Under the pieces are notes generated by a model. It saw only the letters and a list, made by a program, of their open reading frames with translations. It was not told the DNA's origin and did not search any database. This document shows, piece after piece, positions 53,510-64,000 of a stretch of DNA of 64,000 bases (the stretch's first letter is position 1; every line of letters starts with the position of its first letter). The position numbers were made by a program, and so were the translations under genes. Source of the stretch: Octopus vulgaris (lineage: Eukaryota); contig OX597815.1 of the NCBI GenBank assembly GCA_951406725.2, positions 35,712,001-35,776,000 of the forward strand, given 5' to 3'.

Positions 53510-54490
53510 GGATCTTTTCCTTTTGAACGGCATATGTCAACACAATTTCTAGTTAACTAAACACTTTTAAACTTCGTATACTAATAGAAATGTGTTTATA
53601 AAACATCATTTTTTCTTGGCTTTATTGAGAAAATTCTATATGTTGTAACATATTTCCACTTTAAAATCGAGCATTTCGGCAATTTTAACCAATCGCTCAC
53701 CTCCATTTGGGGTGAAAAGATTCCGTGCAGTATGAATATATCCCTTTTTTAAGAAACAGATTGGGTTTATTTACCTTTGCGGGTAAAATTACAGATTAAC
53801 ACTTGCACGATTTTCACTAAGAAAAAAAAAACTCGGATTTTTTTACGTGGAATCAAGTACTCTGACCTCCTAATATGCTGCAAATCCCATATTTTGGTTC
53901 GGAATTGGTCCGGGGGGGGGGGGGGAATCCCCACCCCCACGGAATTTTCACACAAAAAAGAACTCTGATTTTTGCGTGGAATCATCCTCCTCCCTGGTTG
54001 GCTGATTATGAAACCAGTTAAGGTGTGAGTTCGGGAGCGGGGAGCGAGTGAGAAAGCCGGTTCAGTGATCTGTAGATCAGGGGGACGTGTGGTGTCTGTG
54101 GAGAGGACGACAAATAAGGGAGGGCGGAAGTAGGGCTTGCAGGGACCCGGTGAAAGCCTGGAGGGCGTATGCGTGGGGGAAGCGGAAGCGGTCAACAAGC
54201 ATGCACGTGTAGCGATCAACGAAGCTCAGTTGGAGCTGAGACGAGGAAGCAACGAGACGCATTGACTTTGTTGAGAGAGATCTGATCTTCGCTGAGGTAA
54301 GGCCCGTTGTATTTCCTTCTCTTTTTCTGTTGTCCTCTTCATCCGTCACACTACACAAACTATAGAATTTTCTCAATAAAGCCAAGAAAAAATGATGTTT
54401 TATAAACACATTCTACCAGTATACGAAGTTTAAAAGTGTTTAGTTAACTAGAAATTGTGTTGACATCTGCCGTTCAAAAGGAAAAGATCC
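53510..54490. mobile_element. GGATC long-TIR (MULE-like) element with GC-rich internal segment
   Basis: ~130-bp TIRs ggatcttttccttttgaacggca... / ...tgccgttcaaaaggaaaagatcc; flanks gggatttattc / aggatttattc (10/11 identical). Confidence 0.88.
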
Positions 54491-55778
54491 AGGATTTATT
54501 CCTTTAGTGTTATACACACGTGTTGCAAAAAATAAAATACCACTTAGGTTGGTATGTAAGAGTTAAAAAGTGTGTAGAGCAATGGGAGAATGAGAAATGT
54601 GTAGTAAGACATGAATGAATTTCTCTTTACTTACTAGATGTTTAAGCTGGTGCTTATAAGCCGCAAAAATGAAATCTGATAAAAACGAAATGAACTGCGC
54701 GACGTAGGTTGTAAATGCTATAATAAATGCATAGCAGAAAGATTGATGTAGCGCTAGGGCCGTTAAATCTGCAGCCGATTAAGCTGGTGGTGAACATAAA
54801 ACAGGTGCCACGTTGTAGAAAGTAATGTTGCTTCCTCGCCGTCATTGCTGCAACTGTTTTAGCTCTTTGGAAAAGGCGCGTTTTACTGCTGGGCGGAAGT
54901 TTCCACATGTATCCTTCCGCAGCCAGCAATAAATGGATCAAATGGGCATAACACGACTGTGCTACGCTACCACGACAAAATAGTGCTTTCATATCTCACT
55001 ACAAAACTATAAAGACCGTATTAACTTATTACCCCACTTCTTGCTCATATCAGCAGCACTGAATTACTAGTACAGTTGTTCCTAACTCCACTGAAAAAAC
55101 TATATATTTAAAAAAAGCAAAACCCACTGCATGGGACACTTTGCAAGCAGGAATTAACAGAAACTGGAATCTTTGTGGGGAAGAATGCTACGGGGCATTC
55201 ATTCTACGAGACCAGTTTCAAAAGAGGTTTCAAAATTCACCAAATCATAAGCAAGGACCACGAATATGTGCAACTGTTTTTGATATGAAGCCAAATGAAG
55301 CTCCTGACTCTTGGTAACACGGGTTAATTCTCTTACACTCGAATGATACTTGGTAGATATTGAAATTTAGCAGCTCATCTATTCTGGAATTTTATAAATT
55401 CTACGTAGATACTGAAAATATCTGCTTCTGGCAAATCATACATTGAAAATAACATCACTGCTTTCTACTACTTACTGGTTTTGTTTTTTGTTTTGTTTTG
55501 TTTTGTTTTTTCAACATGGAATTTAGCTAATAACCACATATACTAATCCTTTCAACCAACTAAAAGTTGCTGTATCATCAGCCCCACGCAGCTTTGCCAA
55601 TTCTTTCATTAAGATGCAAAGTGTTGGTGACAGTTTATCTTCCGACTGCGTCAAGAAAGTTATATTTCCATTGGTTTTACTCATAGTAATTATCGGCAAC
55701 AACTCGACAGAAGTTTCGACGTTTTTCAATAAGGAAGCTGAATTTTAATTCAGAATGCCCAGATCCAGAACAGATACC

Positions 55779-56016
55779 TATTTCTTTACTACCCACAAGG
55801 GGCTAAACACAGAGAGGACAAACAAGGACAGACAAACGGATTAAGTCGATTACATCGACCCCAGTGCGTAACTGGTACTTAACTTAATTTATCGACCCCG
55901 AAAGGATAAAAGGCAAAGTCGACCTCGGCGGAATTTGAACTCAGAACGTAACGGCAGACGAAATACGGCTATGCATTTCGCCCGGCCTGCTAACGTTTCT
56001 GCCAGCTCGCCGCCTA
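55779..56016 (-). mobile_element. SINE family A with 18-bp TSD, inserted into an older SINE head
   Basis: TSD agatccagaacagatacc at 55761-55778 and 56017-56034. Confidence 0.92.
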
Positions 56017-56990
56017 AGATCCAGAACAGATACCGCCAAATATTCCATCCAACGCTTTTACGATTCTGAATTAGTACTTTTTTTTTATCGACCCTAAATG
56101 GAGGAAATACAAAGAAGGTCTCGGTGGAATTTGAATTCAGAGTACAGAGGAGTAGGGGGAAATGCTTTACCCTATCCAACACTTTCACAACTTTGTCAAT
56201 TCAGCGCTGAAATACATCGTGTGTGAGTGTTCGAAGTCATATCTTGCTCAAGGTTGTCCGGTCTTAGCGGTCAGCCTTCAGGGATTAGTCAAGATAGTCT
56301 GCACGAATGCTCGAAGCCATCAAACAGTTTTATAGTCTGAAAGGGGACGAATTGTAGATCATATGAGGAACTCTATAACGCCACAGCTTCACACTGATTA
56401 GTCGATTTATAGATCAATCACGTGAAACTGTGGCCGGTCACGCGTAATCCTTAACTGAATATCTTGCAGCTTGAGTCCTACAGTAATAACCTGCTCTGTT
56501 TCAGAATCAGCAAACGTTTTAGAACAATGGCAGTGAATATGTCAATGTTAATGTTATGTTTATTTCTGTCGAAGATGACGTGAACCACTCATATATTGTT
56601 GATTCCTTTACAAAGGTCTCGATGCATAAGTACAAAGGTCTTACACTTGAAAACCAATTGAGGATGGGATTGGCCGTGGTGGAATAATAACAGGGTGACA
56701 TTTCATTTTAAACGTTTACGAAGTTCATTTCTATTTTATTCCTTAATGTGGACGAGTAAGCATGTCATTCCAATTGTTTAATAAATAATGAACTGAAATC
56801 TAACAATTCCGCGATGAGTTCGCATCATGTTTTAGACACTTAAAAATCGTATATCTATTAAATCAAACTTATACTTTCGTGAATCCTGTTGTGTGCCTTT
56901 GCTTTAGATAGGAATTCAGTCACTTACTGATAACTTTCGAATAGTCTCGTAGGCGCAGTTATCTCCCTTGACAGCAGGTTTAAACAAACT

Positions 56991-57007
56991 TGCACTAGAT
57001 GGCGCTA
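56991..57007 (+). promoter_or_regulatory. CTCF-like motif
   Basis: tgcactagatggcgcta matches the CTCF core CCACYAGRKGGCRC by eye; lies in a locally GC-richer unique patch. Confidence 0.35.
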
Positions 57008-57499
57008 GAGCGTGAGATTCTGACACGGGGCCTTGCGACTTTCTCTTTCTGCATCGAGACTCTGGACTGTGAAGACGTGACCCAACTGGCTCTCTCACGA
57101 CCCGCGGCGACTAGCAGGCAGGAGGTAACGCACAAGAGAAGCTGATGGCCTCTACGCATCAAACTATTTCCATTTATCATTCAGCTTGCATATATACGTG
57201 TGACCGCATTAAAGGACATTTAAAGTTTCGGCCTCGTTTTATGTATTCTTTATACCGAGTTCCTGCCAAATGATATAACAGCCTTCTGAGTACAGTCATA
57301 TTTAGATGGCTTCACAACCATGATACAAACAGACCATCTAAAGACTCGTTGTCTATTTTATCAATTAAAGTATGAGGAATGACTTAGCCAATCAAGGGAC
57401 ATAATGAAACAGCTGCAGGTAGACATGAGCGAATAAAAATTACAAGAATATACTAGAAGACACAAGAAATCAGAACAATGTATAAAAATATCAAATGCA

Positions 57500-57695
57500 A
57501 TGAGATGGCTGAATCGTTAGCACGCCGGCATGTCTTCCAACTTGACGTTCTGAGTTCAAACGCTGCCAAGGTCGACTTTGCCTTTCATCCTTTCGAGGTC
57601 GATAAAATTAGTAGCAGTTTGAACACTAGGGTCGATGTAATCGACTTACCCCTTTCCGAAAATTGCTGGCCATGAGCCAAAATTTGAAACTAATA
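57500..57695 (+). mobile_element. SINE family A (alternative tail)
   Basis: Core plus tail aaattgctggccatgagccaaaatttgaaac. Confidence 0.8.
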
Positions 57696-57728
57696 TAAAA
57701 GAATAAGTAGTACATACAGTACTAAAAC

Positions 57729-58012
57729 GTGAAGGCACATGGCCTAGTGGTTAGAGCAGCAGACTCGCGGTCGAGGGATCGCGGGTTCGAATCTCAAACC
57801 GGGCGATGTGTGTGTTTATGAGCTCAGCTCCACGCGGCTCCGGCAGAAGGTAATGACGAACTTCTGCTGACTCTTTCGCCACAACTTTCTCTCACTCTTT
57901 CCTCCTGCATCTTGCAGCTCACCTGTGTCCCGTCCAGGTGGGGAACCAATACGCCAAGGAAACCGGCAAACTGGCCCTGATGAGCCAGGCATGGCTCGAG
58001 AAGGAACAAACA
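57729..58012 (+). mobile_element. tRNA-derived SINE (family C-like head, third body type)
   Basis: tggcctagtggttagagc (A box), gggttcgaatctc (B box), ends in aacaaacaa. Confidence 0.75.
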
Positions 58013-59299
58013 ATACTAAAACAAATAATAAATTACTTGAATTAGCTCGAACAAATAATAATTTACCTGAATCCTGCTTATGAAAACAGAATATTGATTC
58101 CTACAAGACTTAAGAAAACGTGTTTCTTTGTTTTATTTTCCAATCACATAGATTCTATTCAATATAATTTCTGGTTTAATCTAGAGATGAGAAACAAAAA
58201 GAAAAAGAAAAGAAAGAAAAATTTTGTCCCAAACAAGAAAATACCTGATTCGTGTAGTTTTTAGTTTTTATTTTTATTTATTATTATTTTTCTTTTTAAT
58301 TTAAACTCGTTAATAACATTTACGTATCTGGTCCAATTTCATGGCAGAAACATTCTTTGAATTCATCATGATGGCCACAAAAGACACAAACTAATGTATC
58401 ACACAGTAGCTAATTCCAACTCTTCAATCTTGAATCTAATATTTTTAGCGAACTTCTTAGGTCAATTCATGTCACGAACTAGGTCATTCCTTGTGTTAGT
58501 AACACAGTATATTAACACTAGAAGAACTAGTTTCATCTTTTTCTTCGTGATAAGCTCCAGCTCCCTTTGACTAGTTGTCACGTAAAGTATCGTACTAAGA
58601 AAAATTTGGTGGTGGAAGTTGAGTACTGTAGTGAACTGGTCTCATTGCAGACGGCAAATTACGTTATTTAATTGCTTGCGAGACAGAAACGATAAATGGC
58701 ATATGACGTGCAATTTACCTAGCTTCTTAAAGTAGTCTTACTTATGTCGCTGCACAACAAATATGGGATTACACTTAACCTTATCATCCACTTTACATTC
58801 AATATAAAGTTCATAACATTTTGTTTACTAATGTTTACGTTCTCGAGATTTAAAAGTTGGATAGTCACATACATAACAGAAGGAACTAGAGAGATTCAAA
58901 GAGTTAAGAGTCAAGGTAAACACAGCGCTTGTATAAAATCATCAATGAGAAACAAGCAGTGTTAACCCTTTGTCTTTCCAAATCATTTTCATAATTTAGT
59001 CCTAAACATCCATGCTTATTTTCATATTTTAATTAGCTTTGTTTCCTACATTTCAATAGAAATAGTAATATAAATCAACATTTCGTAGAGAAGGTTGCAG
59101 TTCTTGAGTCGGAAGGTCACCAAAATTTTAGCAATTTGTATACTCCAAATAAATGACAGAAGAAAAATAGTAACTGATATTTTATCGTTACAAAGATAAA
59201 CTTTTTTGAGTTGTACACAGATCATTTGCAGTTCTGTTATTCATTCTGTAGATAGCTAAGTTCATCTGTGAATGACTGCTAGGAAATGAGTAAATGATT

Positions 59300-60006
59300 T
59301 CACCTCTGGTTTTTCTCAGACGAGAAAATGTTCTACCGGGATCAGATGGTGAACACACAGAACAACTGTTGGCTTACTGTGACCCCAAAACATGTATCAA
59401 GAGTGATAAAAATCAAACATCCAGTCAACATCATGGTGTTTGGTGTGATCACCAGAGATGGCGACGTAATGCCTCCATCTCCCCACACGGCCTCAGACTC
59501 AACACGGAGGCCTACATCATGTGCTTGGATGATGTAGTGCTGTCTTGGGACAAGAGGGTGGCTGCTGGAAGACCCTATGTCTGGCACCAGGACCCTGCAC
59601 CCTGTCACACAAGCAGGAGAACCCAGTCATGGCTGTCAGACAATTTCTGCAACCACATCACTCCCTAACATCTGGCCACCTAACTCCCCAGACTGCAACC
59701 CCTTGATTATTTATGTTTGGGGCGCAATTGAGCAAGGGACCGAGAAAACTCCTTGTAACACCAAAGATGAACTGAAGGCAAGGATTATGGCAGCATTCAC
59801 AAACTTAAACAAGGAGACCTTCAAGAAGAGTTGTAGGAGATTCCGAAGTCGTCTGAAGGCCGTAGTTGAAGACAATAACGATTTTATTGAATAAATTTAC
59901 TCAAGATATTTTAAAGTAATTCTGGTAAATATATCTATTAAAATGAGACATCAGTGTTATTTTCATTTTTGTGTAATTTAGACGACAATTTATTCATTGC
60001 ACCCTG
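59300..60006 (+). pseudogene. maT/DD37D-type Tc1-mariner 3' remnant with right TIR
   Basis: FFSDEK; IMVFGVI; WHQDPAPCHTS...WPPNSPDCNPL (spacing consistent with 37 aa after repairing frameshifts); ends ...tgcaccctg-TA. Confidence 0.88.
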
Positions 60007-60234
60007 TATATATAACATAAGGAAACAATGTAATTCTTTTGGTTTCTAGTACCGATATAGATTTGTTAAAAATGGTTTATCCTTTACGTTGGAAATCTAT
60101 ATGGTCATCCACTTCTGAAGACAACGGTCTTTGTTTTTCAAATTGATGTAATATTTTCATTGATCGATTAAATGGAACCGCTTGAAACGGCCGTAATGCA
60201 TTGACACCTAGACATCCTTGTTACTTGTTTACGT

Positions 60235-60289
<55 letters not shown>

Positions 60290-60643
60290 TACATACATAC
60301 ATACATACATACATACATACATACATACATACATACATACATACATACATACATACATACATACATACGTACGTACACATATTTACATATACAAAATATA
60401 TAATTATAATAAGGGCACTAATGAGTAGCACTACATGCTAGAAATAGACGCCGAATGACTCGAAAAACTACATTATTTACCACATTGACACGAGCTGAAA
60501 GCAAGGGAAGTGAATAAAAATCGTAGCAGCCGGTTGGTTCGGTGACCCGGGAAATTTGAAATTATTTGAAATTTTTCTAGCCAAAATTAGTGCCGGATTA
60601 CTGATTTTGCCGGATTAGAGGCAGTCTAATGTACCTATTTTAC

Positions 60644-61497
60644 AGTATTCGGACTGTTTCTATAGTAACGAAGCTAAAGCATGCAGAGTGAAGCCGCTTG
60701 GCACAGATTGAGCTTTACATCTGCTGTGCATGCGCACTGAGTTTTAACGTTCTAGCACACTTTCGTTGTTTACAGCAGTGCTTAGAAGGAAGGTGTGTAG
60801 CGTATGATCGTCGCATTGACCATGACACAAAAAGTTGAGCAGAAAATCTGCATCAAATTTTGCCAAATGTTTGGCGATACATACCCAGAGGCTTACGCAA
60901 ATTTTAAAAAAGTTTTCATCATTCTCGAAACAATCAACGAGATTTTGTGCAGCTGAAAGCAGTTTTGGGACAAACTTGGCAGACACACGTCTCATGCCCA
61001 AATCTTCAGTGATAATGGACTGAACTGAACCGTAACTAATCGGCACATCCTCTGATTACTCACGGATGGTGATTCGACGATTTCCCCTCACAGTTGCACG
61101 CGCATCTGCGATGTTTTTCTCAGTTCTGTTGGGTGTGGGTCTCCCAGAACGTTCGTCAATATCGACTTTTTGTGGGAGGGATATCTTGAAAACGTGTGAA
61201 CCAGTCGTACACCTGTGTGCGGCTCATACACTCTTCTCCATACACTTTCTGCAACTTTGCGTAGGCTTCTGAGCAGGTATCACCATAACAACTTTCTCGG
61301 TCATGATCAATGCGACGATCACACGCTACGCACCTTCTTTCCAGGCACTGCTGTAAATAGCGGAAGTTAGCTAGAACGATAAAACTTTGTGCGCATGCAC
61401 AGTAGAGTTCCACGTCAATCTGTGCTTAGCGGCTTTACTATGCATACTTTAGCTTCGTTACTATGGCAACAGCAGTCAGGATAGTTATTAATCAGAC

Positions 61498-61499
<2 letters not shown>
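60644..61499 (-). mobile_element. Fold-back mariner derivative, copy 3
   Basis: Colinear with copies 1 and 2; ISYGSVQSIITEDLGMRRVSAKFVPKLLS; left tip truncated. Confidence 0.9.
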
Positions 61500-61540
<41 letters not shown>

Positions 61541-61618
61541 TGGCAAAAACGGTAAGATAACAAAAGAAAGAAAGAGACCTCAATATTATGTAAATAGAGG
61601 AAATTTATCTATAAAATA

Positions 61619-61755
61619 ATGTTACATTTACTCAATAGTCAAGATAAAACTCTGAGTTTCAGATGCCGAAGTGGAAATCCACAACACGGTGTTGTGGATT
61701 TCCACTTCGGCATCTGAAACTCAGAGTTTTATCTTGACTATTGAGTAAATGTAAC

Positions 61756-61757
<2 letters not shown>
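61619..61757. repeat. Perfect 139-bp palindrome (69-bp arms, 1-nt spacer)
   Basis: atgttacatttac...ccacaacac g gtgttgtgg...gtaaatgtaacat, inside a ~220-bp insert in (TA)n. Confidence 0.95.
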
Positions 61758-61832
<75 letters not shown>

Positions 61833-63106
61833 CGAGGGGTGTATGAAAAGTCTTGAGCCTCAAAAAAACAAAACATAGTACAAGACTTCTGATAATTTAT
61901 TTTTCAACATTGTCCCCTTCAATGGCTGAACACTTTCTCCAGTGGTGGTAAAGTGCCATTATCCCAGCGTAGAGGAACTAAGAAACTTCATACGGCGTCT
62001 ATGGCGTCGTTGTCACTGGCAAAATGGCGACCAGCCAGGGCTTTTTTCATTTCTGGAAATAGATGAAAGTCAGAGGGGGCCTAAGTCTGGCGAGTAAGGT
62101 GGATGGGGAACAAGTTCGTATCCACAATCACGAATTGTTGCCATGGCAACCACTGAGGTGTAGGCTGGAACATTGGCGTGATGAAAAAGGACTCCTCAGG
62201 TGAGCATTTCCGGCCTTTTTTCTTCGATTGCTTCTTGGAGGCATTTCAGTAGCTGAGAATAATACAGTCCTGTCACGGTGTGACCCTTTTCAAGGTAATC
62301 GATCAGCATGACACCTTGAGAATAAAAAAAAACTGGCGTCATGACCTTTCCAGCTGAAGAAATGACCCTGGCCTTCTTTGGGGTAGGAGAAGATGTGTGC
62401 TTCCACTGCTTTGATTGTTCTTTGATTTCAGGCTGGTAATGATGAACCCAACTTTCATCCATAGTAATGAAACGAGCAAGAAAATTCTCTTCATCGCCTT
62501 CAAACAGTTCCAGATTGCTCATGGACAAAGTGCATCTGGTGCGTTTTTGTTCAGGAGTAAAAAGGCGAGGGACTCACCTTGCAGAAACCTTTGAGAACCC
62601 AAGTCCTTTTGTCATAATGTCTGCACTTTCAGTTGAGATGCCCAGTCTATCGGCTTACTGATGACATGATATTCAACAATCTTGCATTATCATACCAAGA
62701 GCAAAGTCAATGTTGTCCTCGATGGTTGCAGTTTGAGGCCTCCCTGGTGTGGGATCACCTTCCACACTCTCCCTGCCACACTGGAATTAATTTACCCAGC
62801 GTTTGACTGTTGCATATAAAGGAGCATTGTCTATTAAGGTTCTCACCATATCTTTATAGATTTCTGATGGAGTCATGCCTTTTAAATGAAGGCACTTTAT
62901 GACAGCACGATACTCAGTTTTCTCCATTTTCCTTGTAACCTCGACACTTGTTTATTCAAAAATCTGCAACAAAAAAAATTTTAAATATCAGAATCATGAA
63001 AATGAGCAAAAATACTCCGAAAAGACTGTAATTACCAGAAAAAGTTGTTTCAGCTACCTACCAGCCCCGTTTCTAGGTTAGGCTAAAAACTTTTATACAC
63101 CCCTCG
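61833..63106 (-). mobile_element. Full-length (1274 bp) mariner with decayed transposase (~61897-62927), irritans-like
   Basis: TIRs cgaggggtgtatgaaaagt / acttttatacacccctcg; MEKTEYRAVIK..., ITMDESWVHHY, SAGKVM, HPPYSPDL.PSDFHLF, GDNVEK*; several stops and frameshifts. Confidence 0.94.
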
Positions 63107-63535
<429 letters not shown>

Positions 63536-64000
63536 TTGCGCATACATATTTATTAAGGTTATTGACCTTACGGTTAACCTCCTGTTTATACGTTTTATCG
63601 TGTTATTTTCAGAAGTTACAGTTGTTTACATCAGCCATTTTCATCTTATTAATGCAGAAATATTTTAAAAGAAAAAAAAAACCATAGTAACGTTAAAAAA
63701 TATCTGATGAATATTTTATTTTTAATCAATAGAACCACGGAATTTAAAAGGAGAACTTTTAAAATACCAAGCACGGAATATAATTAATATCTATTTTGGA
63801 TGAACGAAAGTATTAAAGAAAAAAAATCGTTAAAGGTTTAAATTTAACCATGGAATGAGGCAAATTTTGAGTTATATACGTTATACAACTAACCCTGATC
63901 TGCTTGCAAATAATTGAAGGATATTGAGCTTCTGATATCCTGGAACAATATACAAAGGTAAAAATACTCTTACTGGATTGAATAAAGAGCATAGACTCTT

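Noticed and set aside
54654-55729. Possible exons or RTE-like RT remnant
   Set aside because: Only faint similarity (AFILR-like at ~55195), too weak to call without a search
57729-57810. tRNA gene (also near 36500-36577 and 48240-48312)
   Set aside because: A and B boxes are present but run into SINE bodies without a closed acceptor stem or terminator
61897-62927. Active or domesticated mariner transposase
   Set aside because: Multiple stops and frameshifts, and the second catalytic Asp region reads HHANVP

Overview
AT-rich, gene-poor eukaryotic DNA made almost entirely of microsatellites ((TACA)n/(TATG)n, (TA)n, (CA)n, (TAGA)n, (ATT)n, (GAAA)n) and nested transposable elements. The repeat families look like those of an octopod cephalopod (inference, not checked). 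I found no intact host gene, rRNA, true tRNA gene or CRISPR array, and most listed ORFs are microsatellite translations. Recognisable contents: three tRNA-derived SINE groups; fragments of L1/Tx1, R4/Dong-like RLE, CR1/L2-like, RTE and Penelope-like retroelements; one full-length decayed mariner; three copies of a fold-back mariner derivative; two maT (DD37D) and two hAT remnants; two non-autonomous Helitrons; and a long-TIR family that often carries TTAGGG repeats. The most interesting signals are (i) ~200-bp non-coding elements sitting in microsatellites and carrying minimal hammerhead ribozyme motifs whose stem I covaries between families, (ii) an L1/Tx1 LINE that shares its 3' tail with the commonest SINE, with signs of self-targeted insertion, and (iii) mobile fold-back elements carrying telomeric repeats. 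Coordinates were read by eye, and ends of degenerate elements are approximate.
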